Positions 1 through 11,938 are shown, numbered from the stretch's first letter. The stretch: DNA of 64,000 nt from Octopus sinensis (GCF_006345805.1 NC_043001.1:28954001-29018000); one strand, 5' to 3'. A program made the numbers and translations. Notes: generated from the sequence alone by a model not told the origin.

Positions 1-251
1 ATCTATCCAGGGCTTAACAATTATTTCCAGGACCTCAGTGTAGGCAGCAGAGTCAACTCTAAGGCTTTGTGGAAAGAAGTATGGAGGCATCACATGTCCT
101 TCATTGCTGACAACCCCTAAGACCATGACAGTTGCAGGAAATTTTGTATGCATAACACTTGGAACTTCAGAAGGCTCTGCACATAACCATTTGTTATTTC
201 TTCTGTTAACTTTTTGATCTTGGTCGAAGTTTTTCTCGTTTGAGAAAAACC

Positions 252-780
252 TGTAAGCAACGCTAATTGAAACAAATTCGCAAGCCCAGAAAATATTCGT
301 TGGGAGTCAACAACAGTTATCCCTCCTGATCGAACATTCTACAATATTCCAGAAATTTCCAGGCAAACATCATTAACTCCCCGCTTGCTAATTTACTACG
401 CATAACATCAAAATAACACGTAGGAAGTCGCTAGTAGCACACTGCCTATTTAAGCGTGCATTCCTGCTTAAATCAGTCTCTCCTCCAACTGTTGCTCCGA
501 GACGTGATAAGGTCCACTGCGACCTAGAGAAAACCAGGCACATGAATTCAATACCTGATTTCCTACCAATAGCTCGTCATGGTGCTCTATGTCTAGTGCC
601 TGTTGAAAGTAAATCTCGTAGCTTGATTTATTTCTATATACTCAAAGTCATCACGGAACATGGCAAGTTGTTCAGAACCTTTCTTCTTCCCAGAAATCTT
701 TATTGAACATTGTATATTCACTGTACGTGTTCATTTATCACATATCGGAATAAAACCTTGAACATGAAGCTATTCACACA
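252..780 (+). mobile_element. LTR-like unclassified repeat inserted in the transposase
   Basis: Starts TGTAAG, has TATTTAAG near 447 and AATAAA near 748, and ends near ATTCACA. It is non-coding and lies inside the 7-bp-flanked insertion. Confidence 0.35.
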
Positions 781-799
781 GGATGAGTGTTATTCTCTT

Positions 800-1081
800 T
801 TGCTGCACAGAGCGTCGGCTGCGGTGTCATTCCGAAAAGCTCTACCTGCGACGATCTCATCTCAATCGAAGGAGAGGAGCTTTCTCCGTCCGGGTTGCGG
901 ATCCGTGGAACAAGCTGCCAGACGAGATGGTAAAGATGCCGACGACCGCTTTGTTCAAAGCCTCCCTTGACCTCAAGTGGCCTGAACTCTTTACATGAAC
1001 ACCACCCTGTACTTAACTCCATGTCCCCCTACATGGCCTTGCTATTTGCTTTTGAGCCAAATTAACTAACTAACTAACTAA
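800..1081 (+). mobile_element. CR1-clade LINE, 5'-truncated 3' end
   Basis: Encodes RRLRCHSEKLYLRRSHLNRRRGAFSVRVADPWNKLPDEMVKMPTTALFKASLD (CR1 ORF2 C-terminal motif R-V-x-x-x-W-N-x-L-P), followed by an (AACT)n tail. Confidence 0.85.
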
Positions 1082-1701
1082 GAGGTATTTCATGGTTATT
1101 GGATTAATGATTCAGTCCAATTATTATTAGCGACATTTTTATTAGCGACTTCCCACGCTAAAAACCAAATCAAATCTTCTACTGGATTTTTCAGTTTGTT
1201 TAAGAGCCTTTTAGATCTGATGTAGTGGTTTTCTTTTGCTTTTCTGACAAATTGACCTTCCCCCATCATATAAGACTTATATCTGATGGTTTTGTGGACA
1301 ACATTTCTGACTGTTCCTTCTGACACATGGAGATCTTTTGCAATTGATCTCATAAATTTTGGGGATTGTAATCAATGGTCTGTTGAACTTGCTGGATAAA
1401 TTCAGGTGTTTTGATGATTTCAAAGTGTTCAGAATGCCTTTTATGCTTTGATACTGGTGATACATTTTCATCTTCAGTCTCTAGCTCCTTACAAACTTTG
1501 TAGACGAAACTTTTAAAAATCGAGATATTTCTAAATCACTATGCTCAGCCTTTATAATCAGAATAACAGCATGCCTCTTCATTTCTTGAGTAAGCTGAGG
1601 GTCTGCCATTATTACTTTCTGAAACAAGAATTATACAGAATTAGCAAAGAATGCAGCGATGACCCAAAAAAGGTATGTCCTCAAATACCTTACGCACCCT
1701 G

Positions 1702-1714
1702 TACATACATACAT

Positions 1715-1807
<93 letters not shown>
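1702..1807. repeat. Compound (TACA)n(CA)n(TA)n microsatellite
   Basis: Read directly from the sequence. Confidence 0.95.
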
Positions 1808-1887
1808 ATAGGGAATATAATTCCAAACTTACAGGGAAAAATTCAATTTAGCAATTCTAAATCAAATTTCACAATATATAATATATG

Positions 1888-2182
1888 TATAGAATTTAGA
1901 GAAAAACCTCTATTAAACAATTCAATAGTGAAAGACGTTAATCACACCATATAGAAAAAGTTAAATATATTATAGAAAACATTATTCTAAAAATCAATAG
2001 AGTACATAAACAATAAATTATAAATAGTAAATAGTATTTACTATTAATTGTTTATGTACTCTATTGATTTTTAGAATAATGTTTTCTATAGTATATTTAA
2101 CTTTTTCTATATGGTGTGAATAACGACTTTCACTATTGAATTGTTGAATTGTTTAATAGAGGTTTTTTCTCTAAATTCTGTA
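1888..2182. repeat. Long AT-rich inverted repeat (hairpin), about 140-bp arms, centre near 2035
   Basis: TATAGAATTTAGAGAAAAACCTCTATTAAACAATTC... on the left is the reverse complement of ...GAATTGTTTAATAGAGGTTTTTTCTCTAAATTCTGTA on the right. Confidence 0.9.
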
Positions 2183-2193
2183 CACACATATAT

Positions 2194-2226
<33 letters not shown>

Positions 2227-2229
2227 TAT

Positions 2230-2790
2230 ATAGGGAGAATTCACAAAAAACAAAAGACAAAGGTGCGGGGAGGAGGTTAGATGAAGAGGGGAGGAGAGTT
2301 GAGCCCATGTGGCACAAAGGAGAGAAGAGAGAAGATTAATCCCTTTTCACGGTGCAAACGGAAGTCCGGATGGCGGACAGGTGTTGCAAAGAGTGACCGG
2401 TAGAGCGGAAATGGTGCGAGACCGGGGTGTCATTGCCGAGTCGGATGTTTCGGAGGTGTTCCGCGAACCGGTCAGCCAAGCGGCGTCCCGTTTGCCCGAT
2501 ATATAGAGAAGGGCAGAGAGAGCAGATGTAGTAGATGACGTTGATAGAAGTGCATGTGAAGGAGTCGGTGATGTGATAGGGTCGATGATGGGTACCGGTG
2601 AGGAGGCTGGTGTTGGAGAGGTAAGGGTAAGTGCGGCAGCGTGGGCAGGAGCAGGGGAATGAACTGGGTTGGGAGATTGGGTTAGGGAAGAAGCTGTTGA
2701 CCAACAGAGAGCAGATGCACGGCCTACGGAAGTGCTCTGACAAGGGCGGTGTGAATAGTGGCGAGGGAATATCCATGTAGGATGAAGTGG
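2230..2790 (-). mobile_element. Penelope-like element fragment (RT thumb plus GIY-YIG endonuclease)
   Basis: Encodes MARHFILHGYSLATIHTALVRA, then ITDSFTCTSINVIYYICSLCPSLYIGQTGRRLADRFAEHLRNIR, the VIY...YIGQTGR...R..EH GIY-YIG signature. Confidence 0.85.
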
Positions 2791-2796
2791 CGAGCC

Positions 2797-2833
<37 letters not shown>

Positions 2834-2835
2834 TA

Positions 2836-2905
<70 letters not shown>

Positions 2906-3132
2906 AGGCGGCGAGCTGGCAGAAACGTTAGCACGCCGGGCAAAATGCGTAGCCGTATTTCGTCTGTCGTTACGTTCTGAGTTCAAATTCCGCCGAGGTC
3001 GACTTTGCCTTTCATCCTTTCGGGGTCGATAAATTAAGTACCAGTTACGCACTGGGGTCGATGTAATCGACTAAATCCCTTTGTCTGTCCTTGTTTGTCC
3101 CCTCTGTGTTTAGCCCCTTGTGGGTAGTAAAG

Positions 3133-3135
<3 letters not shown>
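2906..3135 (+). mobile_element. SINE family D (tRNA-like head; central GCCTTTCATCCTTTCGGGGTCGATAAA domain, Deu/Nin-like)
   Basis: Starts GGCGGCGAGCTGGCAGAA with a GAGTTCAAATTCC B-box. Related copies lie near 14080, 21625, 31730 and 62850. Confidence 0.75.
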
Positions 3136-3175
<40 letters not shown>

Positions 3176-3184
3176 TTCATATAT

Positions 3185-3765
3185 GCATACATACATGTAC
3201 ATACTTACATATATATGTATATACACATGCATATATGGGTACAGGATGTCAAAAAACGTAAAAAACACGAATAACGAGAACATGAAATACGAAAACATGG
3301 AAAACGAACTTTTTTGCGAACAGCGACAAAAACAAATAGAAAACAAGACAAGCAACACAAAGAACAATCCCTTCACCACTTCACCTCGTTATGGCTTAAC
3401 AGCTCTTACTGTTTGTTTTCACTGTCCTGTTTTTGTTACCATCTTTGACCCTCCGCAAATCCCAAATTGTATTTAATTTGCTTCGTGGGAGCAAATGTTT
3501 TGACGAAGACGCATCTTGTCCTAATGATCGAAATGCGGAGTAGATAAAACAGTGGAAAACTGGTGAAGGGATTGTTCTGTATGTTGCCTGTCTTGTTTTT
3601 CTACTTGTTTTTTTTTTTTTTGCTGTTCGCAAAAAAGTTCGTTATCTATGTTTTCGTATTTCATTTTCTCCTTTTTCATGTTGTTTACGTTTTTTGATGT
3701 CCTGTACCCATATATGCATGTGTATATACATATATATGTAAGTTTGTACATGTATGTATGTATAT
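3185..3765. repeat. Inverted repeat with about 190-bp arms and a 180-bp spacer (probably Penelope terminal-repeat derived)
   Basis: 3185-3378 and 3561-3765 are reverse complements (CATATATGGGTACAGGA...AATCCCTTCACCA versus TGGTGAAGGGATT...TCCTGTACCCATATATG). Confidence 0.85.
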
Positions 3766-3971
3766 ATGCAAATATATATTATTCATATTATTATATGTGA
3801 TTGAACGTCATGCATTCATTTCCGAGTAAATTTTATCTTATCTTATATATATAATATAAGATAATATTGGCTGAAATATTACCAATTATCTTTGAATCCT
3901 GCTCACTCATAATTAAGTATCCTATTTAAATAAACTAAAATTGTACATGCAAGTCAGGATTCTTTTATTTT

Positions 3972-4107
3972 TCGTCAACCAAATCCACTCACAAGGCTTT
4001 GGTCGGCCCGAGGCTAGAGTAGAAAACATTTGCCCAAGGTGCCATGCAGTGGGACTGAACCCGGAACCATACGGCTGGGAAGCAAACTTCTTACCACACA
4101 GCCACTG
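3972..4107 (-). mobile_element. SINE family A, 5' half
   Basis: Reverse complement of AGTGGCTGTGTGGTAAGAAG...GGTTCAGTCCCACTGC...GTGGATTTGG. Confidence 0.85.
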
Positions 4108-4324
4108 AGGTAAATTTATTCCCGTTTGTTTAATTCACATAGGCATAAAACCATAACACCTACTACAATCATTCCAGGTACTGTATATACTACGTGAGTA
4201 GTATTCAGTATACACTGAGAAGAACTAAAATACGTTTTTATTGACAAGCATAACTACAACATTAGCGCGAGTTCACACGTGCACTGGGCACCTATAGATA
4301 AACTACATTCATGTAGTAGTTATG

Positions 4325-4612
4325 CTTGTTTGTTCCTTTTCGAGCCATGCCTCGATTTCCTTGGCGTATAGGTTCCCCACCTGGATGGGACGCCGGTCCG
4401 TCGCAGGTGAGCTTCAAGATGTAGGAGGAAAGAGCGAGAGAAAGTTGTGGCGAAAGAGTCAGCAGAAGTTCGCCATTACCTTCTGCCAGAGCCGCGTGGA
4501 GCTTAGGTGTTTCGCTCATAAACACATGCATGACCCGGTCTGAGTTTGAACCCGCGATTCCTCGACTGCGAATCCGCTGCTCTAACCACTAGGCCATGTG
4601 CCTAGTTATGCT
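4325..4612 (-). mobile_element. SINE family B (tRNA-Arg-like head)
   Basis: The head reads GGCACATGGCCTAGTGGTTAGAGCAGCGGATTCGCAGTCGAGGAATCGCGGGTTCAAAC on the minus strand. The body matches 45197-45490. Confidence 0.85.
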
Positions 4613-4871
4613 TGACATTACATAAGTAAATATATTTTAGTCCTCCTCGATGAAATATTTAATCACATAGTATACAATAAAGGTATACACGTAGAAAAAA
4701 ATTGTATTGAATCTCTTATCCGTAATTGCTATGCATATCTCATTTAAAATAAAACGTCTGTATACATACATAGCATTAATGTGAACATGCTGATGTATTT
4801 CGTTGGATTATATCCCCTTATATACCAATATGAGAATATATCACCTACATATGTATGTATGTATGTATGTA

Positions 4872-5790
4872 CTAGCTGATGTATCCGGTAATTCCCGGAA
4901 AAGCGGGGCTTATCTTTTGGTTCCATTCTCATAATTATTTCGCTAATCCAGTAACAACAATACAAAGTAAGTAGCCTTAAAACGCTTTTTGTGCATTTAT
5001 TGAGGATACCGAACTGTCTTACATAGGATCTTGTTTTTAGGAATTCCCAATAAGTTATGAATACCCAAATTACCCGATAGTAAGAATTCAAATAAAGTAT
5101 CCCCCCAAAAGGGCTTAATACGTTCCCAGAGTATATAGGACTTAGGAGGAAATACTAATAAGGTATGTATACTAAAACCGTGAAGCATGTTATGTAATAA
5201 TAGGCTAATCAGATATGAGATAATAACAATTCAAAGTAAATAACTCTGAAAAACGCTTTTGTGCGTTTGCAGAGAATATTCCCCTCAGCGGCGCTAGTGC
5301 TGGAATATTCGTGAATAAGTCACTAACCAAAATAAGTAGATCTATTGTTTAGGAAAATACTATTTACTTGTTAAAGGGTTGTACTGGATAAATTGTGAAA
5401 ATAACTCAAATAGTTCAAATACTAAGAAATAAGCATACTCAATTTTATTCATACGAAATAATTTACCAACATGAATGGGTTATTTCCCTTGGCAATATAT
5501 AAAGATCCCTTTCAGGAGCGATGGGTTATTTCCCTAGAATGTTTAAAAATAATATATTAGTTATATGTAGTAGTCATAAGAATCCCTTCCAGGAGCCCTA
5601 TTATCAATTTTTTCAACAATCTAAGTATGTCATTACTTTCCAAACATGAGTTCTACTAACGTGTCAAGTTTCATCAAAGTCGATAAAACAATGTAAGAGG
5701 AGTTAGATAACAACGCCACAAACGAACACACCCACAGATTTCCACATATGCATATATGTATGCATGTATAAGTATATATATTTATGTATA
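4872..5790 (-). mobile_element. Non-autonomous Helitron/Helentron-like element
   Basis: The minus-strand 3' end has a short hairpin CCGGGAATTACCGG followed by CTAG|T at 4872. The 5' part is microsatellite-rich and its boundary is approximate. Confidence 0.55.
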
Positions 5791-5889
5791 TATACTTACT
5801 TGGAAATGGATGCGTGGCGTTCAATTAAATAATAATAGAATAATTTATATATATATATATATATATATATCTCGAGCCAGTGGAATGTT

Positions 5890-6030
5890 TCCTTGGGGTT
5901 CCGCTCCAGCAAAAAGTTTGAAAAGCACTGACTTAACTATTCATATGGGAGAGCAACCCTATCACTGTGAGATCTGTAATAGATCCTTCTCTGAAAGACT
6001 TCACTTCATTGCACACACTCATGTATTCTT
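5890..6030 (+). pseudogene. Isolated degenerate C2H2 zinc-finger relic
   Basis: Encodes KSTDLTIHMGEQPYHCEICNRSFSERLHFIAHTH: a decayed TGEKPY linker plus C-x2-C-x12-H. No splice context or further fingers. Confidence 0.6.
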
Positions 6031-6044
6031 AAAGAGAGAATTCA

Positions 6045-6225
6045 GGGATCTTTTCAGTTTGAATGGCAGTTTTTTCTAGCGGTGTCATATGAAATTGTCA
6101 CCCGTAATTATGACCCTAGAATTGATCTATTGCATTTCAATCTCTTTTAGGGTTAGGGGTGGGAGGAAGTGTATCTTTTTTTCTTCACAAATGTAAATAA
6201 ACCCAATCTGTTTCCTAACCCAACT
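6045..6225. repeat. Dispersed repeat containing TTAGGGTTAGGGGT; second copy at 6819-7400
   Basis: About 170 bp is near-identical to 6819-6990. Confidence 0.85.
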
Positions 6226-6818
6226 TTCTTTTATGTATTGTCTCGTGTGGCATGGGCTAAATAGTAGGTATTGTTTAGTGTCTGTGGTCTTGTAAAATAT
6301 GTCCGTTTCTACTTTCTGTATATTTTTAAAACCTACTTGTCTAGGAATGGGAGTTCTTCTTGGTTGTGATCCATCATAAATTGTATGTTGGTGTTAATGC
6401 TATTAAGGAGATTTTTGAACTCCAAGAATTTATCTGATTTCATTCCAGAAGATGAAGCAGTTATCCAAAAATCTCATCCAATTTTCTTTTATGTATTGGC
6501 AGAGGGGTGTTCCGAATTTTGAAAATGACTCCTGATATGTTAAATTACCTACCAGAAAAGATCAGGAAAGAAACACTCATGGCCTCATTTGATGTGATAG
6601 ACTTCAAATGACACAATTATACACAACTCTGTCTATTATGCTACTAATAATACACATACTACACCAACACAGTTTTACAGTAAATGAATTGAATGAGATT
6701 AAATTACAGGTCAAAAGCAATTTTCAAAAGATTGAAAATGCAGGTCAAAAATACAGGTGAAATCAAAAGTCATAGACACATACAAAGCTTTAATCCTGCT
6801 GCTCATAACACAAATTGT

Positions 6819-7400
6819 GGATCTTTTCGGTTTGAACGGCAGTTTTTTCTAGCGGTGTCATGAAATTGTCACCCATAATTATGACCCTAGTATCGATCTA
6901 TTGCATTTCAATCTGTTTTAGGGTTAGGGGTGGGGGGAAGGGTATCATTTGTTCTTCACAAATGTAAATAAACCCAATCTGTTTCTTAACCCTTTAGTAT
7001 TTAAACCGGCCCTATCCGGCCAAAATATTTAATCTGTTTTATGTTCAAACTGACCAGATCCAGGCTCTCACACCTACCCTACAATGTTATTCTACATTAA
7101 GTAATAACACCATCAAGATCTTGAAGATATGAGATAATGCATGATTAATTCAAATCAATGGGAATCTATAAGCATTATGTTTGATAGAATAATCAGAACA
7201 CTAAAGGGTTAAACAAGGGACATATTCATACGGCACAGAATGTTTTTTTTTTTACCTCAATAGACGTCACTGATTGGTTGAAATTGCAGAAATTGGAGAA
7301 AAAAAGTAACAAATATCTTACAAACTATAGAATTTTCTCAATAAAGCCCAGAGAAAAAGATGTTTTATAAACACATTCTACCAGTATACGAAGTTTAAAA
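6819..7400. repeat. Longer copy of the same repeat, interrupted by a TTAA MITE
   Basis: Homologous to 6045-6225, and the sequence resumes after TTAA at 7209-7212. Confidence 0.7.
6990..7208. mobile_element. piggyBac-type MITE
   Basis: TTAA|CCCTTTAG...CTAAAGGG|TTAA, i.e. terminal inverted repeats with a TTAA target duplication. Confidence 0.85.
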
Positions 7401-7409
7401 GTGTTTAGT

Positions 7410-7755
7410 TACTCCCTTTTTCTTTTTAACTCTTTTACTTGTTTCAGTCATTTGATTGCAGCCATGCTGGAGCGCCGCCTTTAGTCGAGCAACTCGACCC
7501 CGGGACTTATTCTTTGTAAGCCCAGTACTTATTCTATCGGTCTCTTTTGCCGAACCGCTAAGTAACGGGGACATAAACACACCAGCATCAGTTGTCAAGC
7601 AATGCTAGGGGGACAAACACAGACACACATACATACATATATATATATATATACATATATACGACGGGCTTCTTTCAGTTTCCGCCTACCAAATCCACTC
7701 ACAAGGCTTTGGTCGGCCCGAGGCTATAGTAGAAGACACTTGCCCAAGGTGCCAC
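7410..7755 (-). mobile_element. SINE family A, 5'-truncated
   Basis: Has the (ACTCTTTT) tail and CTTGTTTCAGTCATTTGA...GGCTTTGGTCGGCCCGAGG body. Confidence 0.9.
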
Positions 7756-8112
7756 CTAGAAATTATGTTAAAAACTGCTGTTCAAACTGAACAATCCGAA
7801 TTCAGTATAACTCATAATTATAGTAAATCATCTCCTCACAATTCAAATTCAACTAGACACATAGTCACAACAGAAATAGACATGATTTAACATCCAACTT
7901 CCCTAGGTTGGGTAAAGGACTTCATGAGCATGGTTTCCTCTGCTGAACACCTTTGTCGATGCCATCCAACTTGCAGGGGGTACCAGGTATTTTTTTTATT
8001 AACCCAGCACTAGTTGGGTGGCCAAGTATCCTGCAAGACAGTGAAAATGTAACCCCTACTCTGTGGGTTGTATAATTGATATAAAGTTTCTTTTCTCTTG
8101 CTCTTTCTTCTC

Positions 8113-8360
8113 TTTTTTACTTGTTTCAGTCATTTGACTGCGGCCATGCTGGAGCACCGCCTTTAATCGAACAACTCGACCCCGGGACTTATTCTTTGTA
8201 AGCCCAGTACTTATTCTATCTGTCTCTTTTGCTGAACCGCTAAGTAACGGGGAAATAAACACACCAGCATCAGTTGTCAAGCAATGCCAGGGGGAGAAAC
8301 ACAGACACACAAACATACACGCACACACACATACACACATATATATATATATATATATAT
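8113..8360 (-). mobile_element. SINE family A, 3' half
   Basis: Near-identical to 7430-7650. Confidence 0.9.
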
Positions 8361-8498
8361 AACATTTGCTGCTAACCCTTAAATGTTCGAATCTATTCAC
8401 TAATTCTGCTTGTTCTTAAAATATAACCCTTTAATTTGTTTATCCCCTCGGTACCAAGTTAATTTGTTCGTTACTCTGTTCATTTCTTCAAACCCCGA

Positions 8499-8601
8499 TT
8501 GTTTTAAGTCTACTGTCCCCAATCAAAATCTTCGCAGCCCGCCATTCGTTTGTTTTAAGTCTACTGTCCCCAATCAAAATCTTCGCAGCTCGCCATTCGT
8601 T
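8499..8601. repeat. Tandem duplication, 2 x 51 bp
   Basis: TTGTTTTAAGTCTACTGTCCCCAATCAAAATCTTCGCAGC(C/T)CGCCATTCGT occurs twice, inside a C-rich unclassified repeat remnant (8440-9110). Confidence 0.9.
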
Positions 8602-9109
8602 CGCGGTTCACCCGCCCTCCCACCCCCACCACCCATACCGGAGAACACTCTGTTTACACCATCCTCACCGGATATCCCCTCTACTACCGCCACCACTACG
8701 AGTGTCTGTTCCTCCTACCACTCCTCCTCAATATACTTTCTCACTATGTATTTTACCCCTGCCTCCACCCCCCCCCTGGACAGAAGCAGCTAGCGCTACA
8801 GCTCATCAAACATCCCACTTAACCTGTTATCTTATGTTCCTCCTGTTTTGAAATGTGTCACTGCCTCAACCGGCTATCTCCTTCCAGCCCCCTCCCCCAC
8901 TCTTGATATCCTATGTTTTACTTCCTACTTTTCATTCTGTCTAGAACCTGCCACCAACCCTACCTGTCATCGTTTCTCTTTACCCCAAACCTTCCCCACT
9001 GGTGCTCCCCTATATTACATGCACCCCCCCCACCACTCTCTCTCCCTCTCTCCTCTCTGCCGGAACCCCCCCCTGCCGCAATGCAAAGAAAAAAGGCAAT
9101 AACCGATCG

Positions 9110-9330
9110 TGGCCGATGCCAGACCCCTCTGGCACCTGTGTAGGTGGCACGTAAAAAGCACCCACTACACTCGTGGAGTGGTTGGCGTTAGGAAGGGCAT
9201 CCAGCTGTAGAAAAACTGCCAGATCAGACTGGAGCCTGGGGCAGTCCCTGCTCCCCAGACCCCGGTCAAACCGTCCAACCCGTGCTAGCGCGGAAAACGG
9301 ACGTTAAACGATGATGATGATGATGATGAT
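9110..9330 (+). mobile_element. SINE family C ((GAT)n tail)
   Basis: GGCACGTAAAAAGCACCC...GGAGTGGTTGGCGTTAGGAAGGGCATCCAGC...GGACGTTAAACGATGATGATG. Confidence 0.9.
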
Positions 9331-10189
9331 ATATATATATATGCATATATGGGTGCATGGCGTCACTAACTGTGAACAACATGAAATACGAAAACAAATG
9401 AGTTAAATAAGCAAACAACGAGAGAAAAAATAGAATATTATTCTAAACATACGTATATTATATGCAAAAATATATACATACATATATCTGTATACACACG
9501 GACACACACACATATAAAGCTAACAAATACTTCTCTCTCTTGTTTTTTGTAACATTTTTTGAAAGGGCTTATTTTATCCAAAATATCAGAACTAGTAAAA
9601 TATTTATAAAGTTTACATTTCAGTCTCTGTATTCATTTGTATCATTACCATAGCATTGCATAACACTAATTTTCTACATATTTCCCAATGCATAATGCAA
9701 GCTACAGAGTTTCTAGTATTTTATGCTTGAAGAAACATTGAGCAATGTTTTTTCGCGTATACAACAGAGGTGGCCCTTAAAATGCAACTTTTAAATGATG
9801 ATAAAGGTTTACAAATCTACCGAATCAAATAATCCTATAGGACGTGAATTTATGTGACTGAAAGACATGTTATTCATATATATCGAGGATAAACATGATA
9901 TTGCCTCCGGTGTTGATATTTCATTTCGGGAGTTCAGGCATTTGGAAATGTAAGGAGTTACTCCTTTGTCATCTTTGCTCTCAGTCTTGCTCTGGTTTTC
10001 AGTAATAGTATATATTAACGGCCCCAGTTATAAGTCAAATGACTAAAGATGGTATTGTGTCTAAGGCGTCCAAATCTTGGAAGAAGGCCGACTCGTAGAC
10101 AGGTGTCACACAGGTCCACGGGTGTATGAATATATTCTGTCGTTACATGAACCAGTCCCCTAGTCTAAGCGTTAAATAGGCTACAGGTT

Positions 10190-10408
10190 TTAACACATTA
10201 GCATTCAGATTACTCCACCAAATGTAATTCTTATTTATTCATATTGTTTTGAATTAATCCTGCATTATCTTGACATTTTAATGATGTGATTGTTTATTGT
10301 TAGAATGACATTGTAGGTTAGGTATGTGAGACTTGATCTGGCCAGTTTGAACATGAAATAAGTAAAATATTCGGGCCAGATATAGCCGGTTCAAATGCTA
10401 AAGAGTTA
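10190..10408 (-). mobile_element. piggyBac-type MITE, degenerate copy of the 6990-7208 family
   Basis: Homologous in reverse orientation, with TTAA-like ends. Confidence 0.65.
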
Positions 10409-10579
10409 AGGGTTAATTCGAGAGAGTAGGAGACAAGTAAAGTATAGAATAGATAAACCAGCAAAATGCAACAGGAATCCACCATTGTATCGCTTTGTAC
10501 GGAGTTCCCTGGTCACTGGTGCCTGTAAAACAGGAATGGCACATGAAAAGCAATGTTGCTATTGTTTGTTTTCCATTTA

Positions 10580-10790
10580 ATTTTTTACGTCTTCCAGTTA
10601 CTAGACTGCAGCTGCGCTGGAGCACCATCTTGAAACGTCAAATCAACGAAATCGACTCAAGAACTTATTTTAAATCTGGTACTTATTTCATCGGTATTTT
10701 TTTTTTTTTTTTGCCGAAGTGCTAAATTACAGAGACATAAACACACCAACACCAATTGTCAGACGGTGAGGGAAATACAAACACACACAT
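10580..10790 (-). mobile_element. SINE family A, degenerate 3' half
   Basis: GCTGGAGCACC...CTTATTT...CATAAACACACCAAC. Confidence 0.7.
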
Positions 10791-10812
10791 GTATACATAT
10801 TACTTTGCTTAG

Positions 10813-10853
<41 letters not shown>

Positions 10854-10857
<4 letters not shown>

Positions 10858-11816
10858 GTTGCCAAGAAAGTTTTTGTGGAATTTTTAATTTGGGTTTTAA
10901 ATGATGTATTTTCAAATTAATTTTCATTAAATTACTTTGACTTTATATATCATTTTAAAGTCCGTTTTTTGCTCTGTCTAATCGTGTTACTCTTTTTCTT
11001 TTTGAATAATTTGGCCATTTTCTCTGGAACGTTGAATTCAACATGGACAGAAAGCAAATTCGCACAATTTTCTTATTCCAGTTCAAGTTAGGTCGAAAAG
11101 TTGCTGAAATAGCTCGCGATATCAACGATGCGTTTGGCCCAGGAACCACTAATGAACGTACAGCACAATGGTGGTTCAAGAATTTCGTAACGGTGACGAA
11201 AGTCTTGAAGGTGATAAACGTAGTGGTCGGCCATCGGATGTTGACAACGATCAACTAAGAGCCTCAGTCGAAGCCAATCTACGCACAACTGTTCGAGAGC
11301 TTGCATTGAATTAGACGTAACATATACAACAATTTCCAACCACTTGAAAGAGATTGGAAAAACAAAAGTACTGAGAAATGGGTGCCGCATGAATTGAACG
11401 ACAATAAAAAAAAAAGAAACAAATAAAAAAAAACGCCGTTTTTAAACGTCGTCTTCCCTTCTTTTACGCAACAAGAATGACCCGTTTCTCGACCAGATTG
11501 TGACATGCAATGAAAAGTGAATTCTTTACGACAACCGGCGATTCTCAGTTCAGTGGTTGGACGTCGACGAAGCTTCACGGCACTTCTCAAAGCCAAAGTT
11601 GCACCAAAAGAAGGTCTCATCCATCACAACTTTTTGGATTCAGGCGAAACCATTACGACAGAGAAGTACTGTCAGCAAATGGATGAAATGCATAAGAAAC
11701 TCCGACAACAATAGCCAGCATTGGTCAATAGAAAAGGACCAATTCTTCTCCACGACAACGCTCGGCCGTATTGAATTTAAAGGTTAAAAACCGCAAGAAC
11801 TATCTTCACGACCTAA
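10854..11816 (+). mobile_element. mariner transposon (Hsmar1/SETMAR-like), internally deleted, both TIRs present
   Basis: TA|TTAGGTTGCCAAGAAAG...CTATCTTCACGACCTAA|TA. Encodes MDRKQIRTIFLFQFKLGRK...ERTAQWWF, WVPHEL, IVTCNEK and LLHDNARP, with frameshifts and stops. Confidence 0.92.
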
Positions 11817-11899
11817 TAGATAGTTGAGTGTGCATGTAATATACATTTTTTGATAAACATACACGCATCTACATATCTCTCTATAACTGTATCTCTCTC

Positions 11900-11938
11900 T
11901 ACATATATACATACATATATACATACATATATATATAT

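Larger units (their letters stand above)
1..1701 (-). mobile_element. Tc1/mariner-superfamily DNA transposon (maT/DD37D-like), degenerate, split by an insertion at 252-1159; its 3' end lies outside the window
   Basis: The minus strand reads MADPQLTQEMKRHAVILIIKAEHSDLEISRF...MRSIAKDLHVSEGTVRNVVHK...KLKNPVEDLIWF (1609 to about 1160). It resumes as FSNEKNFDQDQKVNRRNNKWLCAEPSEVPSVMHTKFPATVMVLGVVSNEGHVMPPYFFPQSLRV...KPWID (251 to 1). The terminus is CAGGGTG with a flanking TA at 1695-1703. Confidence 0.85.

Noticed and set aside
6147-6160. TTAGGGTTAGGG telomere-like motif (also near 6918)
   Set aside because: Only two units, inside a dispersed repeat, so it is not an interstitial telomere array.
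9810-10030. About 70 stop-free codons on the minus strand (LGPLIYTITENQSKTESKDDKG...)
   Set aside because: No usable acceptor or start, no recognisable motif, and no partner exons.
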